A stretch of DNA of 64,000 bases from an uncultured Candidatus Binatia bacterium (lineage in GTDB: Bacteria; Desulfobacterota; Binatia; UBA9968; JAJDTQ01). Shown piece by piece: positions 50,609 to 60,929 of this stretch. The translations under genes and the position numbers were made by a program. The notes beneath the pieces are model-generated. The model saw nothing but the letters and a program-made list of their open reading frames with translations. It was not told the DNA's origin and did not search any database. Location of the stretch: assembly GCA_965213675.1 (NCBI GenBank), contig OZ243916.1, forward strand, positions 1,952,001 through 2,016,000, written 5' to 3'. How positions within the stretch are numbered: the first letter of the stretch is position 1; each line of letters begins with the position of its first letter.

Positions 50609-51911
50609 GGAAGACAAAACCGCATCCACCCGTGAAGTCCTGGGCACCCTGGAAGAGGTGCGCTCCCGGACCTTGGGCTTCGTTGAGGACCTGTCCGGGG
50701 AGCAACTCACGGTTCCCTTGCTGAACATCGTCAACCCCCCGCTCTGGGAGATCGGGCATGTATCCTGGTTTCACGAGCGCTGGGCGTTGCGGCATCTGCG
50801 CGGCCGCGATCCCATCATTGCCAACGGCGACGCGCTCTACGATTCCGCGGCCGTCCATCACGACACCCGCTGGGTGCTGGCGCTGCCGCCGCTTGAAGCG
50901 ACCCTCGCCTACAAGGCACGGGTCCTGCAACAGATCATCGAAGAGCTGCCCGCCCAGCGTTTGAGCCCGAAGGAAACCTACTTCCACAGGCTCGTGATCT
51001 TCCACGAGGACATGCACGCGGAGGCCATGACCTACACGCGCCAGACTCTGGGATATCCGCGGCCTCCATTCATGCGCCAACGCCAGGGCGCGGCCGGCGG
51101 TCCCTGCCCGGGCGACGTGGAGTTGCCGGGCGGCGAATTCATTCTCGGCGGCACGCCGGACCTGCCCTTCGTCTTCGACAACGAAAAATGGGGCCATCCG
51201 GTGACCGTGGCGCCCTATCGCATCGCCCGCGCTCCAGTGACGAACCTGGAGTTCGCCGCCTTCGTGGACGACAACGGCTACGGTGACTCGCGCTGGTGGA
51301 GCGACGCGGGCTGGCGCTGGCGGCAGGGCGAGGGGAGCGCCCATCCCGTCTATTGGAAACGCGAGTCTCCGGGACGGTGGCTGGAGCGGGTGTTCGATCA
51401 ATGGGGGCCGCTTCAAGCGGAGATCCCGGTGATCCACGTCAACTGGTACGAGGCCGAGGCGTATTGCCGCTGGGCCGGAAGGCGGCTGGCCACGGAGGCG
51501 GAGTGGGAGATGGCCGCGGCGGTGGACCCCGCCGGCGGCACAGATCCGGATGCCGCCAAGCGCCGCTACCCCTGGGGCGAGGTGCCGCCCGACCCCATCC
51601 ACGGCAACCTCGATTGGGCCGCTGGAGGCCGCCTGCCAGTGGACGCGCTTTCGGCGGGCGACAGCGCCGCCGGCTGCCGGCAGATGATCGGCAACGTGTG
51701 GGAGTGGACGGCCCACGCCTTCCACCCCTACCCCGGCTTCGTCCGGGACCCCTACAAGGAATACTCGGAGCCCTGGTTCGGCGACCGCAAGGTGCTGCGC
51801 GGCGGCTGCTGGGCCACCCGCTCCCACCTGATCCGCAACACCTGGCGGAACTTCTTCACCCCGGACCGCCGCGACGTGTTGGCGGGCTTCCGGACCTGCG
51901 CACGACACTAA
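50607..51911 (+). CDS. senA: Selenoneine synthase SenA-like non-heme iron enzyme (EgtB family)
   Basis: DinB-like NPPLWEIGH and HEDMHAEA, FGE-sulfatase domain (FDNEKW, GNVWEW, WRNFFTPDRRD); immediately upstream of senB. Confidence 0.85.
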   Translation: MEDKTASTREVLGTLEEVRSRTLGFVEDLSGEQLTVPLLNIVNPPLWEIGHVSWFHERWALRHLRGRDPIIANGDALYDSAAVHHDTRWVLALPPLEATLAYKARVLQQIIEELPAQRLSPKETYFHRLVIFHEDMHAEAMTYTRQTLGYPRPPFMRQRQGAAGGPCPGDVELPGGEFILGGTPDLPFVFDNEKWGHPVTVAPYRIARAPVTNLEFAAFVDDNGYGDSRWWSDAGWRWRQGEGSAHPVYWKRESPGRWLERVFDQWGPLQAEIPVIHVNWYEAEAYCRWAGRRLATEAEWEMAAAVDPAGGTDPDAAKRRYPWGEVPPDPIHGNLDWAAGGRLPVDALSAGDSAAGCRQMIGNVWEWTAHAFHPYPGFVRDPYKEYSEPWFGDRKVLRGGCWATRSHLIRNTWRNFFTPDRRDVLAGFRTCARH

Positions 51912-52050
51912 TGGCGTGGCACACGATGACGCGTGACAGGCCACGAATGTCTCGTCCTGTTCGACAACCCGGATGACAACACTTCGAACGAATTGGCCAG
52001 GACATCGGCCCATTGGATTGGACAACGAGTTGACACGAACAAGCACCGCG

Positions 52051-53007
52051 GTGGCCAGAATCGCGCTCGTGACTCCCGCTGGTCCCACCCGGCGCACCGG
52101 CAACCGGATTTCCGGGGGCCGGTGGGCGCGCATCCTGCGGGCGTCGGGATACAAGGTCACGGCCCTGGACCGCTACGAACGTGAACGCTGTGATCTGCTG
52201 ATCGCGTTGCATGCCCGGCGCAGTCATCCGTCCATCCGCCAGTTTCATGAGCGCCAGCCCGACAAGCCCATCATTGTCGTGCTGACCGGAACCGACCTGT
52301 ACCGCGACATTCACGTGGACGACGACTCCCGGGAGTCGCTGCGCTTGGCGACCCGCCTGGTGGTGCTCCAACGCAAGGGACTGGACGAACTCCAGCCGGG
52401 GCTGCACGAGAAGACCCGGGTCATCTACCAGTCCGCGCCAGCCCGTCCGGGCCATCGCCGCGACCGAAACCTGCAGTTCACGGTTACGGTGGTGGGCCAC
52501 ATGCGCCCCGAGAAAGACCCGTTCCGCACCGCCATGGCGGTGCGCTCGCTGCCCCGCACGTCCCGGATCCAGGTCACGCACATCGGCGACGCCTTCGGCG
52601 ACAGCTTCCTGCGCCGCGCCGAACGGGAAGTCGAGCACAACCCGCGCTACCGCTGGCTGGGCGACCTGCCCCACTGGAAGACGCGGCAACTCCTGGCCAA
52701 CAGCCACCTCACGTCCATCACCTCGCGCATGGAAGGCAGCTCCAATGTCCTGTGTGAAGCGCTGGCCTCCGGCGTGCCCGTGGCCGCGTCCAGGATCTCC
52801 GGTTTGATGGGAACCCTGGGCGACGACTATCCCGGCTACTACGAGATGGGCGACACCGCCGGGCTCAAGCGTCTCCTGCTGCGGGCCGAGAACGATCCGG
52901 CGTTCTATGAGAACCTGGCACGGCACTGCGCCAAGGTCGCCCCCCTGGTGAACCCGGACCGGGAGATCCTGACTTGGCAGGGGTTGGTCCGTGAAGTGAC
53001 GCGTTGA
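52051..53007 (+). CDS. senB: Selenosugar synthase SenB-like glycosyltransferase (TIGR04348 family)
   Basis: GNRISGGRW, IALHARRS, LTGTDLYRD, GHMRPEKDP, SRMEGSSNV. Confidence 0.9.
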   Translation: MARIALVTPAGPTRRTGNRISGGRWARILRASGYKVTALDRYERERCDLLIALHARRSHPSIRQFHERQPDKPIIVVLTGTDLYRDIHVDDDSRESLRLATRLVVLQRKGLDELQPGLHEKTRVIYQSAPARPGHRRDRNLQFTVTVVGHMRPEKDPFRTAMAVRSLPRTSRIQVTHIGDAFGDSFLRRAEREVEHNPRYRWLGDLPHWKTRQLLANSHLTSITSRMEGSSNVLCEALASGVPVAASRISGLMGTLGDDYPGYYEMGDTAGLKRLLLRAENDPAFYENLARHCAKVAPLVNPDREILTWQGLVREVTR

Positions 53008-53027
53008 TCACGCCTCAAACCTCTCTA

Positions 53028-53147
53028 TCATTCCCGCGAAAGCTTGCCCTCGACCCCGATCGGGGGCGGGAAACCAAGGCAGGGCCGCACCTCTCCCCAC
53101 CCCTGGATTCCGCTTTCGCGGGAAGGCCGGATAGGGCCAGGGATGAC
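53028..53147. repeat. Degenerate REP/dRS3-like inverted pair between convergent senB and lysJ
   Basis: TCATTCCCGCGAAAGC...CTGGATTCCGCTTTCGCGGGA...GATGAC. Confidence 0.7.
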
Positions 53148-53210
53148 GTTGCGGGTATTTCGCGGAAATGGTGTGTCGGGCACCTGGCGGAATGTCGGAG
53201 CGGCAAGGTA

Positions 53211-54370
<1,160 letters not shown>

Positions 54371-54374
<4 letters not shown>

Positions 54375-55162
54375 TGGATCACCGTTCCTTTCCCCGCCAA
54401 CGCGTCTCGCACCGGGTGTTCCGTGCGGCCGTCGCTCATGATGACCTTTTCCGCGCCGTCCTCGAAGAGCTTGCGCAGCGCCAGCATCTTGCGCTTCATG
54501 CGCCCCTCCACCTGCCCCTCCCGCTGTTCCAGTTCACCCGCCCGGATGTGCGGCACCACGGTGCCCTCGTCGTCCTTGTCGGCGAGGAAGCCCGGCGCCT
54601 CGATGAGCTGCAGCACCACCTCGGCATGGAAGGCAGCCTGGAGCACGTTGATGATGTCGTCGTTCTCCGAGTTGATGGCGTTGTGGCGCTCGTCGATGAT
54701 GGGGATGGACAGCACCGGGGCGTAACCGCCGTCGAGCAGCAACTGGAACAGTTCCCTGTTGGCGCTCCGGGGCTTGCCCGAGAAGTCGCGTACGATGAGG
54801 GTCTTGCCGTTCTTGCGCACCCGGATGCCCTTGTTGCGCTGGCCCTGAATGGCGCGGCCATCGATGCCCGAAAGGCCCACGGCATTGACCCCATTCTGTT
54901 GCAGCAACTCCACGATGCGCTTGTTCTGAACCCCGGCGTAGCCCATCAGGATGGCGTCGAGCGCGTCTTTGTCCGACAGCACGCTGGTGTAGCCCGACAC
55001 CGACGTGACCACCTGGGTGGGGGTCCCGAGCCTGGCCGCGATGGCGTCGCGCACCGCGTTGGCGCCGTGCACCACGATGAACCGGTCGGACACGGCCGCC
55101 AGATCCCCGGCGATGCCCGGAAGGTTGATGTCGCTGCCGCCGCCGATCTTCACCAGTATCAT
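54371..55162 (-). CDS. lysZ: [LysW]-aminoadipate/glutamate kinase
   Basis: MILVKIGG, VVHGA, TSVSGYTS, GRMKRK; basic GQRNKGIRVRKNGK segment as in LysW-binding kinases. Confidence 0.9.
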
Positions 55163-55797
55163 CGAAGGTGCTCCACCGTGTCGTTGGGGATGACGCGCCA
55201 GTCGCCGCCCTCCGGCACGGTTTCCGAGCTGACGGTGAAGCCGCCCTCGTTCTCGCGGGCGCGCAGCCTGAAGTAGTCGGGTTGTTCATTGAAGAACGAC
55301 CCGACGTAGACATTCTCACCATCGGCAATGATCATGTTCATGGCGCGCACGTAGCGAGTCCTGCGGACGATGATGTCCATCCCCTTGCGCATGGCCGCGG
55401 CCATGTCGCCCTTGTCGAAGCGCTTGACGAAGTTGAACACTTTTTCCGCGCCGATGCGGCCTTCCGCGTTGATGCGAACGCCGCGCAGTTCGCCGTTGAA
55501 GGCGAACACGTAGCGATCATCGGAGAACGGCATGTTGTTTGCCACCACGATGTTCTCGTCCCGGAACGCGCTGCGGGCGTGTCCCACCAGCAGCGTGGTG
55601 GCGCCGAACTGCGTCAGGTCGTCCTCCCAGATGGGCTTGATGTTGTGATAGAACCGCCACGCGCCGTCAACCGTGTAGGCGCATCCCCAGCCGTGGCCCT
55701 GGTACTCGGGACTGTTCCGGGCGATGCCGGCCAGATGGGACAAGCGCTCGCCGATGTCGAACGGCTCCCGGCTCTTGACGCACAACAGGCGACACAT
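55159..55797 (-). CDS. Class II glutamine-amidotransferase-like Ntn hydrolase (EgtC/YafJ/Dug3-related)
   Basis: MCRLL N-terminal Cys, GHGWG, GHARSA, NMPF, FNG; ATGA overlap with lysZ. Confidence 0.85.
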   Translation of the reverse strand: MCRLLCVKSREPFDIGERLSHLAGIARNSPEYQGHGWGCAYTVDGAWRFYHNIKPIWEDDLTQFGATTLLVGHARSAFRDENIVVANNMPFSDDRYVFAFNGELRGVRINAEGRIGAEKVFNFVKRFDKGDMAAAMRKGMDIIVRRTRYVRAMNMIIADGENVYVGSFFNEQPDYFRLRARENEGGFTVSSETVPEGGDWRVIPNDTVEHLR

Positions 55798-55809
55798 GGC
55801 GTTGGACCG

Positions 55810-56856
55810 CTAGGGGTGGAGGCCCGGGAACTCGAGGCCCTCGGTTTCCTCGAAGCCGTTCATGATGTTGAAGGCCTGGACCGCCTGCCCGGCGGCGCCC
55901 TTCATGAGGTTGTCGAGGGCGCTCAGCACCACCAGCCGGTCCGACCCCTTCTCCTTCTGGAAGCCGATGTCGCAGTAGTTGGTGCCGCTCAGCAACTTGG
56001 GCTCGGGATAGCGGTAGATGCCGTCGGCTTCCTTGACGATGCGGATGAAGGGCTCCTTGCCGTAGGCCTCGCGGTAGGTCTTCCACACGTCCTTCTCTTC
56101 CAGCGGTTCGCGCAGGAACAAATGGCACGTCGCCAGGACGCCGCGCACCATTTCGATGGAGGTGGCGGAGAAGTACACCCGGACCGGCTCGCCGAACGCC
56201 AGTTCCTGGTAGATCTCCGCGCTGTGCCGGTGCAGGGTGGGCATGAACGAACGCACGGCGCCGCTCCGTTCCGGGTGGTGGGACGCGTCGCTGGCGGCGT
56301 TGCCGCCCTCGCTGGACCCCACCTTGACCTCCACCACCGTGCGCTCGGTGTCCACCAGCCCCTTCCTGAAGAACGGATAGACGCCAAGGATCGTGGCGGT
56401 GGCGTTGCAACCGGCGCCGGTGACGAAGCTCGCCTCCCGGATCTCCTCGCGGTGCAGCTCAGGAACCCCGTAGACGAACTCCTTCAAGAGCTCCGGGCGC
56501 TGGTGCGGCTTGCCGTACCAGCGCTGGTATTCGTCCACGTCGTTGAGCCGGAAGTCCGCGCTCAGATCCACCAGCTTCGGGGCGAGATCCCGGAACGACT
56601 CGATGCGTTCCTGGGCCTGGCCGTGGGGCAGGCAGAGGAACAGCAGGTCGCACGGCTTGAGCTCGTCCATCCTGCAGAAGCGGAGCTGCGTCCGCTTGCG
56701 CAGATTGGGATGGGCCTTGAACACGAACTTGCCCGCGAAGCGCTCCGAGGTGACCTCGCACACCTCCACCCGGGGGTGCCCCAGGAGCAGCCGCAGGAGC
56801 TCGCCGCCCGTGTAGCCGGACGCCCCCACGATAGAGACCTTCAGCTTCTCGATCAC
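55810..56856 (-). CDS. lysY: [LysW]-acyl-phosphate reductase (LysY/ArgC)
   Basis: GASGYTGGELLRLL, HPNLR, DLSADFRL, GCNATA, HHPERSG, LDNLMKGAAGQA. Confidence 0.9.
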   Translation of the reverse strand: MIEKLKVSIVGASGYTGGELLRLLLGHPRVEVCEVTSERFAGKFVFKAHPNLRKRTQLRFCRMDELKPCDLLFLCLPHGQAQERIESFRDLAPKLVDLSADFRLNDVDEYQRWYGKPHQRPELLKEFVYGVPELHREEIREASFVTGAGCNATATILGVYPFFRKGLVDTERTVVEVKVGSSEGGNAASDASHHPERSGAVRSFMPTLHRHSAEIYQELAFGEPVRVYFSATSIEMVRGVLATCHLFLREPLEEKDVWKTYREAYGKEPFIRIVKEADGIYRYPEPKLLSGTNYCDIGFQKEKGSDRLVVLSALDNLMKGAAGQAVQAFNIMNGFEETEGLEFPGLHP

Positions 56857-57005
56857 TGCTCTTGCATCTCTTTCCCGTTCTTCCGGTTCCCGTCAACCCA
56901 GACAGTCTATCCCTGTCGGGCGCCCCCTAGACCGACTGCTGTTGCGGGCGGTTGCACTTGCCATTCGACAGCCTCTGTCCTCGTTCGGAACCGTGTAACG
57001 CACGG

Positions 57006-58013
57006 CTACGGCGCGGGAGCCCGCAGCTTCACAGCAGCGTTGTCGAGGAACCGCCGCAGGTTCTCGGACATTGACCTCAGAAGGACCACCGGGAACTGCG
57101 GGTAGTCGTCCGCGTGCGCAGCGGCGGTAATCAGTTGACAGGCGATCCGCAAGGTCACGATCAGACCAAACGACCAGCGCACGCACGCATCGTCGATCGG
57201 ATTTGACGGTCGATTCAAGACCGCGACCAGCGATACATCGTCGCCGATGCACTCCGCACCAAGAGCCTCGGCCAAGGCCTTCGCTGTCCTCGGAAGCCTG
57301 TCGGGGGTCGTTCGGTTCGCGTGGGCCCACAGCCTGCCGACGACCGTCGGGTTCTTCGAAGAACTCGGCCGATAACTAGTCGGATTCTTGATCGCCTCCA
57401 AAGTCCTTGCAATCCGATCCAACTCCTCGTCGATGCCTCCACCTGTCTTACTTCCGGAGAGAACTGAATCCCAAAGGCTCTGTATCCGCCGCCCGTCGAG
57501 TTGTCGCGACGCGCGCAACCGGAGCAACAGCGCCTCATCGACCTCGTAGAGAATCCGCCGCAAATCGTCGAGCCCCGACGCCGCGTGGGAGAGCATCACG
57601 GCCGCCGATCGCGAGAGATCCTCAACGTGAACCGTCGCAGCTTGTCCGGGCTTCACGGGGAACCACTCTGGCAACACGATCGGCGATGACGTGTCAGCCA
57701 AACTCAACTCCTTGCGGCTGACAATCACCAGGTCGACTCCATGCCGCTCCCGGGCGACTTCATTCTGCACTTGAATATCGTCCTTTGTGCGGCGCAGAAC
57801 CTCTGACACGTCGTTCATCACAGAGTTCGGATCGACGAAACCGCCCGTACGCAGCACATGCGGAACGATGGCAAGCTCTCCACGTAGTTGCTTCAACTCT
57901 CGCGCGACATAGTCACGATCGGTGGAGGCCCAAACCCAGAACACGTTCAACGGTCGCGATTCCCGCCGTCGCGAGACACGAATCGCCTGGACTATGGTAT
58001 CCGGTTCCAACAC
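57006..58013 (-). CDS. Hypothetical protein, partner of the STAND NTPase
   Basis: 335-aa ORF starting 15 bp after the NTPase stop, same strand and composition; no family recognised. Confidence 0.75.
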   Translation of the reverse strand: MLEPDTIVQAIRVSRRRESRPLNVFWVWASTDRDYVARELKQLRGELAIVPHVLRTGGFVDPNSVMNDVSEVLRRTKDDIQVQNEVARERHGVDLVIVSRKELSLADTSSPIVLPEWFPVKPGQAATVHVEDLSRSAAVMLSHAASGLDDLRRILYEVDEALLLRLRASRQLDGRRIQSLWDSVLSGSKTGGGIDEELDRIARTLEAIKNPTSYRPSSSKNPTVVGRLWAHANRTTPDRLPRTAKALAEALGAECIGDDVSLVAVLNRPSNPIDDACVRWSFGLIVTLRIACQLITAAAHADDYPQFPVVLLRSMSENLRRFLDNAAVKLRAPAP

Positions 58014-58028
58014 TTGTTTACCCCGCCG

Positions 58029-60449
58029 TCACGTCACCTTGGGTCGGACTGCTGCAGCGATCCGCCCGAGCGTCGGAATCCCAACACGAACCCAGTCGTC
58101 ATCGTACGACAGAAAGTTTGCCTGGGACGCCGAGCGCAGTATTTCGTTGTCGTCCGGTGGTGGCTCGCCCTGTGGAACGGGAATCCGACGCATTAGTTCC
58201 GGGAAACACGCGCGTTCCACCTTGAACCCCGTGGACCCATTGTTCGCCAATTCGCGAAGCACCCAGTACGCCGTGAACAGCCATGGGTTGTCCCGGTATC
58301 CTTGCGCCGACATCGCCTCCGCAGCCGCATACCTGAAAAAGTCATAGTCAGGACTCAGCAGAATCCTGTCAGCGTTCAGTTTGTTGTCGGCGAAGTCCGT
58401 AAAATCGCCATCCTGCACCCGCAGGCCGATTTGCGGCCGTCGTTTTTCGATGAGCCACTCCACGAACTCCCCTAGGACGTTCGCCGTTAAATACGGGTGT
58501 CCTGCCGTCTCCTCGAACAGCGCGTCTAGGAACCGTGCGGTAACTTCGATCCGGTCGGCTAGTATCTTGCGCACCAACTCCGAGAACTCACCGGTGGTCG
58601 TCTGTGGCGAGTGCTCAAACAATGGGAACGGATCCTGCTGGACATAGGGAGCGAGTTGGTTCTGATCCATGAGAATAAAATGGGCGTCCGGTTGCTGGCC
58701 CAGAAACACCAACACATTGTCGTAGGAAAACGTCATCAGTTGGTTGAGGATCGGTTGCACTACAGTGTGCCGAATACTTGGTTCCCGCTCGACAGCCGTC
58801 TTAAGTCTCCCGAATAGTGTTTCGTACTCATCGATCACTAGTACCATCCGCTTGTCTTCATCGTGGATGGGTGGTGCACACGTTGTGACCGCGTTCTCAA
58901 CGAACTTTTCGGAAATCATCTGGCCATCCGCCAGAGCCTCACACACGAGATGGTAGAACTTCATGTCGTCTGAAGATTGCGACACTCCACACGTCTGACT
59001 GACAACATTCGCATCTCCACTCGTTGAGTCCATATCAAGACAGGCCGTCGTTTTACCACTCCTTCGCACGCTACACCACAATCGTACGCCAGGCCGCCGT
59101 TCGAAGGTCCGAAGAAGGTCACGTACGCTCGTGCGGGCTACGTGAAAAACCGTGGCTCGGTTCCGAATCTGATCCTGAAGCGGGAACTGGCGTGCGAAAT
59201 TGAACGTGATCGGCGTAGTCGTGCTCCAAGTGCTACGAAGCGCCATAACCGCGGCATCCCAAACTCTGAACGCTCGGTCGGCCGATTCTTCCCGCATCTC
59301 GCCTGCGGGCACGACGATCTCCGCTAGTCCACTCTGTTCGGAGGCAATTTTCCGCACGTCCGGCTTCAACGGCGCGATCACCAGCGTCACCTGCCGGCGG
59401 ACCGCGTCATCCAGCTCTGCCGGCGAGACGAAACTGTCGTCTAGGAACGCGTTGACTTCGACAAGCCGCTGCGATGCGGCATCGCGGGGGGGCCGCACGG
59501 CCACGTCGAGCCGCCGTTCGTGCCACCTATATTGTCCGGCGACCGGAACGGGATGATAATCGTCATCCGGTCGATCATGGAACCGTTGTAGTGCGTCGAG
59601 GAGGGGAAGGACGGTCGTTCTCAGGCCGTCAACGAGAGGGCCGGGCGCCAAGCGATCGACGAGGCGGTCGGCGTGACGAGGAAGCAGAAATGCTATGTAG
59701 TGCATCCATGAACGCTGGAACCTAGGAAGAACGGCGTTCCCTGTCTGCTGTTCAAACGACACCGACGAGTAACCTTCAAGAATACCGCTCAATGCGGCCG
59801 AAACCAGCAAACGCAGCGCCGAGGTAAATCCGTGATCGGACGTGGCCGATGACCGAACGGAATAGAAGTCCAACGGCAATGCTAGAAACCGCGACAGACC
59901 GTTTAGCGACTTCCTGAGTGCTTCGTCGTGATCATGTTTAGCACGTGTGAATCTGTACCCTTGTGAGAACACATCGCGGGTATGATCGGCGAGCGGACCT
60001 GAGAGGGAACGGCCGTCGTCGTCGGACGACAGGTGACGCATCTCATCAAGGAACTGACCGAGAAATTCTGTAAGGCAATCCCGATAGAACGTGGACCACT
60101 GGAAAATGTGCTGTTCACGGAGGGCATTGAGCGCTCTCCGAAAATCCGCTGCGAGTTCCAAGAGATTCCGGGTGGAGTCCCTTGGAGCAGACCCAGCAAT
60201 CGGTATTTCAATGACCTGCGCCGTCTCAGAGTCAGAGCTTCTGGTCTTCCCCCCGAGGATTCTCAACAGGTTATTGCGGCGCTTCGGCCGAAACCGTTGA
60301 AGCAAGTTTTCGATTTCCAGGCGCCATTCGGAGAGCTCGATGTCATCCATCTGGCGAACAAGCGCCTCCAGCGCTCGCTCCGGGCGTTCAGCTTCAAGCT
60401 TGTCTAACCAACGCCTGATCTCGGTAAGACGTTCTTCAATCGTCGACAT
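58029..60449 (-). CDS. STAND-class P-loop NTPase with an unknown N-terminal region
   Basis: Walker A-like SVRRSGKTT, Walker B VLVIDEYE, GxP motif in EETAGHPY, probable C-terminal winged helix. Confidence 0.78.
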   Translation of the reverse strand: MSTIEERLTEIRRWLDKLEAERPERALEALVRQMDDIELSEWRLEIENLLQRFRPKRRNNLLRILGGKTRSSDSETAQVIEIPIAGSAPRDSTRNLLELAADFRRALNALREQHIFQWSTFYRDCLTEFLGQFLDEMRHLSSDDDGRSLSGPLADHTRDVFSQGYRFTRAKHDHDEALRKSLNGLSRFLALPLDFYSVRSSATSDHGFTSALRLLVSAALSGILEGYSSVSFEQQTGNAVLPRFQRSWMHYIAFLLPRHADRLVDRLAPGPLVDGLRTTVLPLLDALQRFHDRPDDDYHPVPVAGQYRWHERRLDVAVRPPRDAASQRLVEVNAFLDDSFVSPAELDDAVRRQVTLVIAPLKPDVRKIASEQSGLAEIVVPAGEMREESADRAFRVWDAAVMALRSTWSTTTPITFNFARQFPLQDQIRNRATVFHVARTSVRDLLRTFERRPGVRLWCSVRRSGKTTACLDMDSTSGDANVVSQTCGVSQSSDDMKFYHLVCEALADGQMISEKFVENAVTTCAPPIHDEDKRMVLVIDEYETLFGRLKTAVEREPSIRHTVVQPILNQLMTFSYDNVLVFLGQQPDAHFILMDQNQLAPYVQQDPFPLFEHSPQTTTGEFSELVRKILADRIEVTARFLDALFEETAGHPYLTANVLGEFVEWLIEKRRPQIGLRVQDGDFTDFADNKLNADRILLSPDYDFFRYAAAEAMSAQGYRDNPWLFTAYWVLRELANNGSTGFKVERACFPELMRRIPVPQGEPPPDDNEILRSASQANFLSYDDDWVRVGIPTLGRIAAAVRPKVT

Positions 60450-60929
60450 TGTTTCAAACTACCAAACTGCAAGGCCGTCACTTCCAGGCTGTCCTACACA
60501 ACCAATCCTGTCCACGTCACAGACTTACGCATCTATCGCGCAACAGGCAGGAGCGCAAAAACACATGCTCGGCAACAACTCGTGCCCTTGAATGGCCGTG
60601 ATCGACAAAAAAGTAATTACTTTGGTGCGGGTTCACTCTAGGCAATCGTACGTCGTATCGCAAGCTGACGTTCTTGCCGCCGCCGCCAACTCGCGCTCAG
60701 ACAACGTCCCGGTGCATGTCCTGATCACCCTCAATACGCGGGGCACGGACCCCTCCGGTCTCTAGGATTCTGTGCTCATTCCCACATGGGGATGACCGAT
60801 TCGTTCGGGGCGCTGAAGGTACAAACCGTTCCTTCACCACGCCACCAAGATTGGGAATGCTTGGAACGCAGCCGACGGAGCGCGCACAATGACTACATCA
60901 CAGGTAGGCATAGGCCCCGAGCCGCCGAA

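Larger units (their letters stand above)
56900..60900. other. Approximately 4-kb lower-GC insertion between lysX and lysY (boundaries approximate)
   Basis: Visible shift in GC and codon usage; interrupts an otherwise tightly coupled operon; no integrase, transposase or flanking repeat seen. Confidence 0.7.

Noticed and set aside
50607-51911. Calling this gene plain ergothioneine egtB or a formylglycine-generating enzyme
   Set aside because: The NPPLWExGH motif and direct linkage to a SenB-family glycosyltransferase favour SenA; no egtA or egtE nearby.
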